DNA of 64,000 bases from Bacillota bacterium (GTDB lineage: Bacteria > Bacillota > Clostridia > Oscillospirales > CAG-382). Each line of letters opens with the position of its first letter. The stretch's first letter is position 1. Shown here piece after piece: positions 8,155-17,301 of this stretch. A program made the translations under genes and the position numbers. The notes under the pieces were generated by a model. It saw nothing but the letters and a program-made list of their open reading frames with translations, ran no database searches and had not been told where the DNA came from. The stretch is taken from contig JAKPGJ010000038.1 in the NCBI GenBank assembly GCA_029550965.1, positions 3,057 through 67,056 of the forward strand, given 5' to 3'.

Positions 8155-10596
8155 GTGGCCGCATCGAAAAAAAGCAAAAAATCTACCAGTTCAAAAAAAT
8201 ACACGGCGAAAAAAGAGGCTCGGGAGAAGAAGAAACCGAATCCTTTTGTTCCATATATCATAGGTTTCTTCGCCGTTTTTTTGATCCTGACCTTTTTTCT
8301 GACCGATTCGGGTTTGCTCGGCGAAGTGATACCGGCTACCCTGCTCGGCCTGTTCGGCCCGGGGTATTATTACTTTCCGTTTTTGCTGCTGCTGATCGCT
8401 TTTTACTGGAAGCGCGACAGCGCGAACGGCACCGCCCGGTCAAAGGTCGCGCTCGCCATCGCAAATTTCATCCTGCTTTTGGTGATCATTCATGCCTTTA
8501 CCGCGGAACAGCCTGACAGTTACGCGGATCTCTACAAATTGGGGCAGAATATGGAAGGAGCCGGCTTAATCGGCGGATTAATCGGCGCATCCATTGTCAA
8601 TCTGCTGGGCAAAATACCCACGTTGATTCTCACGATACTCTCCGCGCTTATCACGGTTATTTTTCTTTTCGGCAGCACGCCGAAAGCGACGCTCAAAGCG
8701 ATCGTAGATTTCTTCCGCAGCCTTGATTTCAGCGCGGACGAAGACGACGAAAAAACCGATGCGGACAAGAATAGCGAGCCTGCGGCGCAGAAGAAAACCG
8801 CGGAATCAGCTGAAGCGGACGAGCAGAAGAAGTTTGAACTGCCCGATGTCCCGGCATCCAAACCGGCTGAGAAAGATATTGTAAACATCCGTGAAATAAA
8901 CCGCGAAAAACCCTGGCAGCAGCCCGTTTCCGCCGGCGAACCCGGCGCGGAAAACGAAGACGCCGGCATCAGCATCGCTTTCAATGAGAACAGAACCGAA
9001 AGCGCCCAAAATATTCATTTTGACGCCGACGCCGAAACAGACCGCGCGGACGGCGAGGATGCGGCCGGCAGCATTCAGTCCGAGGAACTGCGCATCGTCG
9101 GCGAAAAACCGCAGTACGTGTTCCCGCCGATGTCCCTGCTTGCGGACAGCGACGAGGACGGCTATATCTTGACGGAAAACGATCTCCACCGGACCAGCCA
9201 GAAGCTGGTTGAAACGCTGGAGAGCTTCGGCGTCCGGACAAAGGTCATCAGCGCAAGCTGCGGTCCTACCGTTACCCGCTATGAGCTGCAGCCGGAAACC
9301 GGCGTGCGCGTCAAGTCCATCGCGAATCTTGCGGACGACATCGCTTTGCACCTTGCCGCCACTTCGGTGCGCATTGAGAGCATACCGGGCAAAGCCGCCG
9401 TCGGAATCGAAATCCCGAACAAAAGCGTTTCCACGGTCCGGCTGCGCGGACTGCTGGAGAATCCCACGTTTAAAGAGAGCAAGAGCAAGCTGTTTGTCGC
9501 GCTCGGCGTGGATATCGGCGGCAACCCGGTTTATCTTGACATCGCAAAAATGCCGCATTTGCTCATCGCCGGCGCGACCGGTATGGGCAAATCGGTTTGC
9601 ATAAACTCTCTTTTGATTTCTCTGCTTTACAGGGCGACCCCCGACGAGGTCAAATTAATCTGCATCGACCCGAAGCGGATTGAGCTGACCGATTACAACG
9701 GCATCCCGCATCTCATGGTGCCGGTCATTACCGAGCCGAAGAAAGCGGCGGGTACGCTGAACTGGGCGTGCATTGAAATGGAAAAGCGCTACACCCTGAT
9801 ACAGGAGGTGGGCGCGCGAAACCTTGCCGAGTACAACGCGACGGTCAAGGACGACCCGGAACGCGAGCAGCTTCCCTATGTCGTGATCGTCATCGACGAG
9901 CTTGCCGACCTGATGATGACCGCGCCGGACGACGTGGAAACCTCTATCTGCCGTTTGGCGCAGAAGGCGAGAACGGCGGGAATGCACCTGATCATCGGCA
10001 CGCAGAGACCGTCCGTCGATGTTATTACGGGCCTGATCAAAGCGAATATCCCCTCCCGCATCGCGTTTACGGTCGCTTCGCAGGTTGACTCGAGAACCAT
10101 TCTTGACATGGCGGGCGCCGAAAAACTGCTGGGCCGAGGCGATATGCTGTACTACCCCGTCGGTGCGATGAAGCCCATCCGCGTTCAGGGCGCTTTTGTG
10201 GACGGCAAAACCGAGGTTACCGCGGTTACGCAGTTTATCAAGGAAGCCGCCGAGGTCCAGTACAACGAAGACGTTATGAACATCATCGAGCAGGAAGCGA
10301 AGCTCTGCGGCGTCAAGCACTCCAGAAGCGCCGAGGCAGCGGAAGAAGAGGCGGACAGCAAGGACGACCCGATGATCGTCGACGCGCTCGAGGTCGCTTT
10401 GGAGTGCGGCAATATCTCTACTTCCCTGTTGCAGAGAAGGCTTTCGCTCGGCTACGCGCGCGCCGCAAGAATCGTGGATAAGTTAGAGCGTAGAGGATAT
10501 ATCGGTCAGTTTGACCCCACGACAAAAAAGCGGCAGATTCTTATTACGCGCGAAGAATTTATGGAGCTTAAACTGAACAGCAAAAAAGACGAGTAG
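8155..10596 (+). CDS. ftsK: DNA translocase FtsK/SpoIIIE
   Basis: 813 aa with N-terminal TM helices, an acidic linker, a motor domain with Walker A (GATGMGKS) and Walker B (VVIVIDELADL), and a C-terminal winged-helix gamma domain (LLQRRLSLGYARAARIVDKLE). Confidence 0.95.
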   Translation: MAASKKSKKSTSSKKYTAKKEAREKKKPNPFVPYIIGFFAVFLILTFFLTDSGLLGEVIPATLLGLFGPGYYYFPFLLLLIAFYWKRDSANGTARSKVALAIANFILLLVIIHAFTAEQPDSYADLYKLGQNMEGAGLIGGLIGASIVNLLGKIPTLILTILSALITVIFLFGSTPKATLKAIVDFFRSLDFSADEDDEKTDADKNSEPAAQKKTAESAEADEQKKFELPDVPASKPAEKDIVNIREINREKPWQQPVSAGEPGAENEDAGISIAFNENRTESAQNIHFDADAETDRADGEDAAGSIQSEELRIVGEKPQYVFPPMSLLADSDEDGYILTENDLHRTSQKLVETLESFGVRTKVISASCGPTVTRYELQPETGVRVKSIANLADDIALHLAATSVRIESIPGKAAVGIEIPNKSVSTVRLRGLLENPTFKESKSKLFVALGVDIGGNPVYLDIAKMPHLLIAGATGMGKSVCINSLLISLLYRATPDEVKLICIDPKRIELTDYNGIPHLMVPVITEPKKAAGTLNWACIEMEKRYTLIQEVGARNLAEYNATVKDDPEREQLPYVVIVIDELADLMMTAPDDVETSICRLAQKARTAGMHLIIGTQRPSVDVITGLIKANIPSRIAFTVASQVDSRTILDMAGAEKLLGRGDMLYYPVGAMKPIRVQGAFVDGKTEVTAVTQFIKEAAEVQYNEDVMNIIEQEAKLCGVKHSRSAEAAEEEADSKDDPMIVDALEVALECGNISTSLLQRRLSLGYARAARIVDKLERRGYIGQFDPTTKKRQILITREEFMELKLNSKKDE

Positions 10597-10606
10597 CGGG
10601 GCGTTT

Positions 10607-11140
10607 ATGTTGAAAAAGATACTGTTGGCATTTTCACTTTTGATGTGCTTTGCGTTTCTGGCAGGCTGCTCTTCGGGCAATATCGGCGACGAGACGACCG
10701 AGCCGCTGGACAAAATCATCAGCGGCGTCCTGAAAAAGAACGCCGCCGTGTATAAGTCCGCTTTCCCGCCCGATTATATCGCCGAGGTGGAAAAGGCTTT
10801 TAGAATCGTCGGCAACGATATCGACCAAGAGCTGGAAAACACCTTTGCCAGCGCGGCCGAAGTGCTGGAGGCAAACTACGGCAAAAAGGTAAAAATCAAT
10901 TACAGGCAGGTTTCCAAAACTGCGATGACGACGGAAGACCTGACCGAAAAATACTGGGACCTGTTTATCAACGATTATTCCATTCCGGTCGACAGAATCA
11001 CAGAGGCTTACAAAGAAAGCATTGAAATCACCATCAAAGGCTCTGAAAACCAGGAGACCATTACGGCCGCTTTCAAGTTTTTAAAAATCGACGGCAAGTG
11101 GTATATTCACCCCGAATCGTTCATGTATGTCTTTAACTAA
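10607..11140 (+). CDS. Small lipoprotein of unknown function
   Basis: 177 aa with a signal peptide and lipobox (FLAGCSSG). The start lies 11 nt after the ftsK stop. No recognisable family. Confidence 0.7.
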   Translation: MLKKILLAFSLLMCFAFLAGCSSGNIGDETTEPLDKIISGVLKKNAAVYKSAFPPDYIAEVEKAFRIVGNDIDQELENTFASAAEVLEANYGKKVKINYRQVSKTAMTTEDLTEKYWDLFINDYSIPVDRITEAYKESIEITIKGSENQETITAAFKFLKIDGKWYIHPESFMYVFN

Positions 11141-11167
11141 AAAAAGCAGCGCGCGCCGCTTTTTTAT
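11139..11167 (+). terminator. Rho-independent terminator after the lipoprotein gene
   Basis: AAAAAGCAGC-GCGC-GCCGCTTTTTT, a hairpin with one bulge followed by a T-run. Confidence 0.6.
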
Positions 11168-11180
11168 GGTTATGTATGCG

Positions 11181-11219
11181 CAAAAAAAAGCGTGCTGTGT
11201 TATGCAGCACGCTTTTTTC
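11181..11219 (-). terminator. Rho-independent terminator of SBP paralog 2 (usable in both directions)
   Basis: AAAAAAAGCGTGCTG-TGTTATG-CAGCACGCTTTTTT. On the minus strand the stem is followed by a U8 run. Confidence 0.85.
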
Positions 11220-11229
11220 ATTTATTCGT

Positions 11230-12720
11230 TTAGCTTGCCAGCTCTTTGTACCGTGCGACGGTCTGCTCCATATCCGCCTCGACAGCATCTTTAATGGTAT
11301 CGATGTAGGAAACGAGGGTGTTCGAACCGGACCGCAGTGTTCTGCTGTAAACATCGAGCAGCAATCCGCCCCAGTTGTAAATCGCGCCGATATCGTACAG
11401 ACGGTTGCTGAAGATAAGGTCCAGCATCTCCTCGTCGTCCTCGGAGTTTACAGACTGCAGCTTGAGCGTCGTCTCGTAATACGCATGCGCCACGCTCTCG
11501 CCGCCGAAGAAGTTCTTGCTGTAATAGCCTAACGCTTCGAGCAGGTAAACGGTAGCATCAAACTTCTCGACGTTGGTTGTGGGAATCGCGAGCACCGTTG
11601 ACTGATAAATGTTGATTCCGTTGTAGTATTTTTCCTGCTCTTCGTCGTATTTCGGAATCGGCAGTACGCCGTAATCGACGATATTCTCGGCTGTCGAGTT
11701 CTTGATTGAGCTGATCGAAGAGGCAGTGGTCATATAGAAAAGTCCCTGCTTGTTGATAAACATGTTGGAAACTTTGCCCCAGCCGGAATCGCCCAGCTGC
11801 TCGACTCTTAACGTCAAGGACTTATCCGACATGATCTCAAACACTTTGGCGAACGCGTTTACGCTCCTTTCAGAGCCGACCGTGAGTCTGAAACCTCCGT
11901 CCGTTGTTTTCTCTGCCGAGGTCGCGCCGGAACCGGAAACGAGTATGCCGGAACCGTAGTTGTCGCCTAACAGGCCGTATATTCCGCCTTCTGTTCCCCA
12001 GTCGCCGTTCGTATCCGGCTGAGAAACCAGTTTGGCCATTTCAGCCAATCTATCATAGGTCCATTTTCCGTCTCTGACAAGCTTATAGATGTCGCCGTAT
12101 TTACCGCCCAAATCCGAGTTGTTCGCATACATTTCCTTGTTGAAAAGTATAAGGTATGTATGGTCGTCGTCGGTAATCAGCGCATCGCCTGCGACAAAAT
12201 AGGTTTTATCCGTAACGGTAAGGTTTTCGATAGCGTTCTGGTCCCACCACGGGCTGTCCAGTTTCAGATATTTCTCGAGCGACCAGTAAAAATTCTCCGT
12301 CGCGTTGGGCAGCATCTTATAGACAGCGTCGTTGACCAATTGATACTCGTCGATACCGCTCTGAATCGAGAGCTTAATCTCGTCTCCCGGATATTGAACC
12401 GGAGCGACTTCAATCTTTAAGCCGTATTTTTCCTCGATGTAGTCGTTTCTTTTCGCAACGGCATCGTTGATAACGTTGCCGGTTTTCTCTTCATCCGCAA
12501 CGAACTGCACCTCGCCGTATCTGTGCCGCGAACTGGATACGCACAGAATTTTGATGGTGGTGTCAAACCGCTTAGGCTCCAGCGGGAACTCGTCCTTTTG
12601 CGCACTGGTGGTCGAAGTGTTTTTTCCCTTATCGTCGTCTCCGCCGCCGCAGGCAGCGAACAAAGGAACCGCTATTAACAGAATTGCCAGGATACATAAA
12701 ATGAATTTTCTGCCTCGCAT
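11230..12720 (-). CDS. Extracellular solute-binding lipoprotein, paralog 2 of 3 (orphan)
   Basis: 496 aa with a lipobox (LFAACGGG). Shared motifs are PWWDQNA, YFVAGD, DGKWTYDRLAEMAK and LDLIFSNRLYDIGAIYNWGG. Confidence 0.8.
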   Translation of the reverse strand: MRGRKFILCILAILLIAVPLFAACGGGDDDKGKNTSTTSAQKDEFPLEPKRFDTTIKILCVSSSRHRYGEVQFVADEEKTGNVINDAVAKRNDYIEEKYGLKIEVAPVQYPGDEIKLSIQSGIDEYQLVNDAVYKMLPNATENFYWSLEKYLKLDSPWWDQNAIENLTVTDKTYFVAGDALITDDDHTYLILFNKEMYANNSDLGGKYGDIYKLVRDGKWTYDRLAEMAKLVSQPDTNGDWGTEGGIYGLLGDNYGSGILVSGSGATSAEKTTDGGFRLTVGSERSVNAFAKVFEIMSDKSLTLRVEQLGDSGWGKVSNMFINKQGLFYMTTASSISSIKNSTAENIVDYGVLPIPKYDEEQEKYYNGINIYQSTVLAIPTTNVEKFDATVYLLEALGYYSKNFFGGESVAHAYYETTLKLQSVNSEDDEEMLDLIFSNRLYDIGAIYNWGGLLLDVYSRTLRSGSNTLVSYIDTIKDAVEADMEQTVARYKELAS

Positions 12721-12745
12721 ATCACTACCTCCATTTCTTGTTATT

Positions 12746-12774
12746 ATTATACAATTTTACATCGATTTAGGCAA
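12746..12774 (-). promoter_or_regulatory. Sigma-A promoter for SBP paralog 2
   Basis: Minus strand reads TTGCCT (12774-12769), a 17-nt spacer, then TATAAT (12751-12746). A GGAGG RBS lies before the ATG at 12720. Confidence 0.6.
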
Positions 12775-12873
12775 GTATAATTTACATTATTTTTATTATA
12801 TTTTCAGCTATAACGCAACATAATTTAAACATATCGAATATATTTCATCGTATTTCCAAAAATTATTCAAGGA

Positions 12874-14127
12874 GTGTCGCCCATGTTCGCTTTTCTATAC
12901 AGCCTGATTGAAAAAATATACAGCGGCAGTCTGACCAATCTGATCACTTACGTTTTTTCTTTTCTCGTGATCCTTATTTCCTGCGCGCTTATCTTTTGGA
13001 TTCTTCGGTATATCAGCGTCAGGATAATGAAGCGCATAACAAACCGGTTTGGACGCAACTGGCTCCATATTTTATACAATAACAGATTTTTCCACCGGCT
13101 GGCATGGATTGCGGTACCTTTTATGCTCAATCTGTTCGCATCCATCGACAGCCTGCCCGGCTACAACACATTGCTGGTGAAATTCTCCCATGTGTTCTCC
13201 GTAATCGTCTTTTTGCTTCTCGCGAGCTCGGCGATCAGCTCGGCGGACGATATTTACCGCGGCTACGAAATCTCCAAAATACGGCCCATTAAGGGGATTT
13301 TGCAGGTTGTTCAGACCTTTATCTACATCGTCGGCGGCGTAACCGTCATCGCAATCTTCATCGGTCAGAATCCGGTCGTGCTCTTAGGCGGAATCGGCGC
13401 GCTCACCGCCGTCATCACGCTGGTGTTCAAGGACGCCATTCTCGGCTTCGTCGCAGGCATACAGCTTACGGCGAACGACATGATCCGCATCGGCGACTGG
13501 ATAGAAATGCCCAAATACGCCGCGGACGGCACGGTGATCGACCTTTCGCTGACGACGGTGAAGGTTCAGAATTTTGACAAGTCGGTCACTTCCGTGCCGG
13601 CGTACGCGCTAATTTCCGACTCGTTTATCAACTGGCGCGGCATGGAAAAAGCCGGCGCAAGGCGCATCAAGCGCGCGCTGTATATCGATGTTTCCGGCAT
13701 CCGGCTCTGCGACGATCAAATGATCGAGAAATTCTCCAAAATCGAACTGATTCAGTCCTATATCCAAAATAAAACCCGGGAAATCGACGAATACAATCAG
13801 AAAAACAACACCGATCTGTCCGTACCTGTAAACGGCAGGCACCTGACCAATCTCGGTGTTTTTCGCATCTATATCGTCGAATATCTCAAACAGCGAAACG
13901 GCATACACAAGCAAATGCCGATTATTGTCCGGCAGCTTGAATCGAAGGGAGAAGGCATCCCGCTTGAGATTTACGCCTATACCGACACCACCAAATGGGC
14001 GGAATACGAGGTCATTCAGGCGGATATTTTCGACCATCTGTACTCTGTCATTTCGGAATTCGGCTTGTCGCTCTACCAGCTTCCCTCCGGAAACGACTTG
14101 ATGAAAGCGTTCCGCAAAGGGCAGTGA
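12874..14127 (+). CDS. Mechanosensitive ion channel, MscS family
   Basis: 417 aa with N-terminal TM helices and a conserved pore-helix/beta-domain region (LLGGIGALTAVITLVFKDAILGFVAGIQLTANDMIRIGDWIEM). The start could be the GTG at 12874 or the ATG at 12883. Confidence 0.85.
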   Translation: MSPMFAFLYSLIEKIYSGSLTNLITYVFSFLVILISCALIFWILRYISVRIMKRITNRFGRNWLHILYNNRFFHRLAWIAVPFMLNLFASIDSLPGYNTLLVKFSHVFSVIVFLLLASSAISSADDIYRGYEISKIRPIKGILQVVQTFIYIVGGVTVIAIFIGQNPVVLLGGIGALTAVITLVFKDAILGFVAGIQLTANDMIRIGDWIEMPKYAADGTVIDLSLTTVKVQNFDKSVTSVPAYALISDSFINWRGMEKAGARRIKRALYIDVSGIRLCDDQMIEKFSKIELIQSYIQNKTREIDEYNQKNNTDLSVPVNGRHLTNLGVFRIYIVEYLKQRNGIHKQMPIIVRQLESKGEGIPLEIYAYTDTTKWAEYEVIQADIFDHLYSVISEFGLSLYQLPSGNDLMKAFRKGQ

Positions 14128-14138
14128 GGAGTGCTTGT

Positions 14139-14534
14139 CTATATTTCGATAAAAACATTGTTAATGTTCATGCCCAGCTCGATGTGGCCGTCGAGTTTCG
14201 CCGATACCTCAAGCACATCGACAAGGCACAGGATTTTTATAAACTCGGTAAGCTCGTCGTGGACCAGATTCAATAATGACAATTCGACATTGATAAACCC
14301 GCATAGTTCTTCAGGATTCAGAACGTATGTAACTTTGCCGAACCTGTACTCCTTTGCGATTTCTTGAAAGTATCGTAAAACTCGAACGAACTTATTGGCT
14401 TGGGGCGGATTGATGATGGTTTTAACGCCCCTTTTTAAGCGGGCTTCCTCTTCCTCCGCAAACCACTTTGCAAATAAGTAGTCGTCAAGGTCCCAATCGT
14501 CATCTTCCGTTTTCTTTCTTCTGTATTTCGCCAT
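14139..14534 (-). CDS. Hypothetical cytoplasmic protein (131 aa, acidic N-terminus)
   Basis: ORF-track ORF with coding-like composition. It converges on the MscS gene with only an 11-nt gap. No family recognised. Confidence 0.5.
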   Translation of the reverse strand: MAKYRRKKTEDDDWDLDDYLFAKWFAEEEEARLKRGVKTIINPPQANKFVRVLRYFQEIAKEYRFGKVTYVLNPEELCGFINVELSLLNLVHDELTEFIKILCLVDVLEVSAKLDGHIELGMNINNVFIEI

Positions 14535-14715
14535 AAAACTCCTGAAAAATTAAAGAATTTACTGCGCCAAAATCGCTTTTTTTCTGATTGAAAATATATT
14601 AACAAATATTATCGAAACTGTCAATAATTTTTTGCGTCTGACGTCGGGCAAGCGATTTATAGATTTTTGCGGGTATTATCGGGTTCGCGTAGCTATTGCA
14701 TTCATTTAATAAAAA

Positions 14716-14764
14716 GAAAAATCCCTTCAAAATGCCGTATTTCTTAGCAGTTTGAAGGGATTTT
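14716..14764 (-). terminator. Rho-independent terminator of the tRNA operon
   Basis: Minus strand reads AAAATCCCTTCAAA-(19-nt loop)-TTTGAAGGGATTTTTCTTTTT, immediately 3' of tRNA-Thr. Confidence 0.8.
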
Positions 14765-14767
14765 GTC

Positions 14768-14843
14768 TGGAGCTGATGACGGGGATTGAACCCGTGACCT
14801 CATCCTTACCAAGGATGTGCGCTACCGACTGTGCCACATCAGC
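14768..14843 (-). tRNA. tRNA-Thr (anticodon GGT)
   Basis: 76 nt. The minus strand reads GCTGATGTGGCACAGTCGGTAGCGCACATCCTTGGTAAGGATG...GGTTCAATCC...CATCAGCTCCA. The anticodon stem is CATCC/GGATG with loop TTGGTAA. A T-loop is present and CCA is encoded. Confidence 0.93.
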
Positions 14844-14869
14844 AAAAGTGTTTCCTATAAAGGAAACGC

Positions 14870-14946
14870 TGGCGATTCGGATGGGGCTCGAACCCACGAC
14901 CTCTAGCGTGACAGGCTAGCGTTCTAACCGACTGAACTACCGAACC
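14870..14946 (-). tRNA. tRNA-Asp (anticodon GTC), copy 1
   Basis: 77 nt, GGTTCGGTAGTTCAGTCGGTTAGAACGCTAGCCTGTCACGCTAGAGGTCGTGGGTTCGAGCCCCATCCGAATCGCCA. The anticodon stem is CTAGC/GCTAG with loop CTGTCAC. It is identical to the copy at 15673..15749. Confidence 0.93.
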
Positions 14947-14970
14947 GTATGACGGAGTAATATCCGTTTT

Positions 14971-15046
14971 TGGAGCGGATTACGGGGCTCGAACCCGCTA
15001 CCTCAACCTTGGCAAGGTTGCGCTCTACCAGATGAGCTAAATCCGC
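14971..15046 (-). tRNA. tRNA-Gly (anticodon GCC), copy 1
   Basis: 76 nt, GCGGATTTAGCTCATCTGGTAGAGCGCAACCTTGCCAAGGTTGAGGTAGCGGGTTCGAGCCCCGTAATCCGCTCCA. The anticodon loop is TTGCCAA. It is identical to 15409..15484. Confidence 0.93.
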
Positions 15047-15139
15047 GTTTCCCGTTCGGGCGAATCCGATGCAAACCCGCCCGACATTACTCCGTTTTGA
15101 ATGTATTGCAATGTATAAACGAAGCAACAAAGGAGTATT

Positions 15140-15215
<76 letters not shown>

Positions 15216-15330
15216 AAATGGCTGTTGCTTGTACAAACACAAAAGAATTTAAACCGTTATCCTAAACGTAAAATTGATAGCGAAAGAATTCACGAAGTGA
15301 ATTCTTTCTAACCGAACTTTGTTCGGTTTT

Positions 15331-15405
<75 letters not shown>

Positions 15406-15408
15406 GTT

Positions 15409-15484
15409 TGGAGCGGATTACGGGGCTCGAACCCGCTACCTCAACCTTGGCAAGGTTGCGCTCTACCAGATGAGCTAAATCCGC
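15409..15484 (-). tRNA. tRNA-Gly (anticodon GCC), copy 2
   Basis: Sequence identical to 14971..15046. It starts 3 nt downstream of tRNA-Cys in plus-strand coordinates. Confidence 0.93.
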
Positions 15485-15547
15485 GCATGCTTTTGATACG
15501 CCAACAAAAGAATTCGCCAAGCGAATTCACAAAACAAATTTTTATTT

Positions 15548-15623
<76 letters not shown>

Positions 15624-15672
15624 AGATCCCTTTTGCTTTATACCGCCCCTGTTGTATGTATAAAGGGGAATT

Positions 15673-15749
15673 TGGCGATTCGGATGGGGCTCGAACCCAC
15701 GACCTCTAGCGTGACAGGCTAGCGTTCTAACCGACTGAACTACCGAACC
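15673..15749 (-). tRNA. tRNA-Asp (anticodon GTC), copy 2
   Basis: Sequence identical to 14870..14946. It is the first gene of the operon in the direction of transcription. Confidence 0.93.
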
Positions 15750-15790
15750 GTACCATTTCTATTTCATCTGCCGGTCAACAGCGCTTGAAT

Positions 15791-15819
15791 ATAATAGCAT
15801 ATCTTTCTCAATTTTGCAA
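15791..15819 (-). promoter_or_regulatory. Sigma-A promoter of the tRNA operon
   Basis: Minus strand reads TTGCAA (15819-15814), a 17-nt spacer, then TATTAT (15796-15791), about 40 nt upstream of the first tRNA. Confidence 0.6.
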
Positions 15820-16016
15820 TACCTTTTCGCGAAAAATTTGCAGAAAAATTTACACGCGTTTTTGTGGTTTTTCACGACGCGCCCGCGCTGTTTTTGCCTG
15901 CCAAAACTGCCGAAAAACCAAAGAACCGGCGCCGTCGAACGGATCATCCGCCGCGCCGTCGGCGCGTTCATAGCCGGCGCGCTTTCCTGCCGAATCGGAC
16001 TGTTTTAAAGGCGGAT

Positions 16017-16523
16017 TTAATAGCCGTAATACCAGCCGACGCCCGACTTTACGGCATACACGGTCTGCTTCTGATTCTGTTTGCCGTTCACATACACTTT
16101 GACCGTGATTTTCGCGATTTTGGAAAAGTCGGCGTTGCCGGTAATTTCCTGATATTCCTTTACGAACTGCCGATACTCCTCGCTGTCGGAATCCACTTCC
16201 GCGATGCTCTCGATCACAAAGGTAATCGCGCTGCCGGCGTAAATGTTATCGACGCTTGCGTAAGTCTTCTCCAGTTTTTTGCGCAGTGCCGCGTTTGTGT
16301 AGTTTTTGCTTCCGTACAGTTTTACTTTCTGATATTCGGACGCGTAGCGCACCATGTCGGACACGTCCTGCCGCAGCGAAGCCTCGATATAGCCGGTCAC
16401 GGCTTTCTCGGCCGTCAACGCCGGAAGCCAGAACAGATAAGAAGCGATGATGATTCCCGCGAGCCCCAGTCCGATGACGACCGGCAGTAAAACGCGCAGA
16501 ACGCTTTTTGCTTTTCCTTTCAA
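16017..16523 (-). CDS. Hypothetical single-pass membrane protein (start uncertain)
   Basis: The ORF-track ORF is 16017..16652 with a TTG start and no RBS. I prefer the in-frame TTG at 16523, preceded by GGAAGG 8 nt upstream. This gives MKGKAKSVLRVLLPVVIGLGLAGIIIASY..., a basic N-terminus followed by a TM helix. No family recognised. Confidence 0.55.
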   Translation of the reverse strand: MKGKAKSVLRVLLPVVIGLGLAGIIIASYLFWLPALTAEKAVTGYIEASLRQDVSDMVRYASEYQKVKLYGSKNYTNAALRKKLEKTYASVDNIYAGSAITFVIESIAEVDSDSEEYRQFVKEYQEITGNADFSKIAKITVKVYVNGKQNQKQTVYAVKSGVGWYYGY

Positions 16524-16715
16524 GATATCAGCCTTCCGTTTCTTTGTTAGTTTATTATATTGAGTTTTTCGGAAAATGTCAACTTTCATACGCGCAGTCC
16601 GGCTGGTCCCGCAAAGTTCGATAAGACCATTTTTTGAATAAAATTTTGACAAAAGGATACATTATTTATCGAAAAAGCGATTTACGGGAACAACTAAAAA
16701 AGAAAGGTAAGCGAT

Positions 16716-17165
16716 ATGCATAATAAAATTTTTCCACCAACAGCAAAAAGAGTGCAGATGAGCACCGACTGCTCGGCAAACAACGACATTCGGAACTGCA
16801 CCGTCAACAGCATACAAATTCATAAGGACGCTTCCGCCGAGCTGCAGAACAAGCGTATCTGCGAACTGGACCACGAATGGGACGTCGAACGGGTTTTAGG
16901 CACGAGCGCAGGCGCGCTTGTTTTACTGACCTCGCTTTTAGGGCTTCGGCGCAGCAAAATGTTCCTCCTGACGGGGGTCGTGGGCTTCTTTATGCTGCAG
17001 CACGCGATTCAGGGCTGCTGCCCGCCCCTTGCGCTCTTAAGAAAAATGGGCGTTCGGACCGCCGAGGAAATTTTCCAGGAGAAAACAGCGCTCAAACTGG
17101 CAAGAGGCGATTTCGACGCCAAACCGACCGACGCGGCAGAAATGCTCAAGGCGGCGGAAAAATAA
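16716..17165 (+). CDS. DUF2892 (YgaP-like) membrane protein
   Basis: 149 aa with two TM helices followed by a G-CCPP motif (FFMLQHAIQGCCPPLALLRKMG), typical of DUF2892 by memory. The N-terminal ~60 aa are unusual, so the start is uncertain. Confidence 0.5.
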   Translation: MHNKIFPPTAKRVQMSTDCSANNDIRNCTVNSIQIHKDASAELQNKRICELDHEWDVERVLGTSAGALVLLTSLLGLRRSKMFLLTGVVGFFMLQHAIQGCCPPLALLRKMGVRTAEEIFQEKTALKLARGDFDAKPTDAAEMLKAAEK

Positions 17166-17301
17166 AGACGATGAAAACAGGGCTTTCCGCTCTGTTTTTT
17201 GCTTACGGGGGGAATACGATATTTTCGTTTTTGATATTGATTTGTCCCGGGAATTGCAATATAATACAGATACAGATTATGATACGAACGGAGATTGCGC
17301 T

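Noticed and set aside
8046-8516. A 156-aa + strand ORF overlapping the start of ftsK.
   Set aside because: It lies out of frame with ftsK, whose N-terminal TM region and RBS are convincing. Its sequence is low-complexity and Arg-rich.
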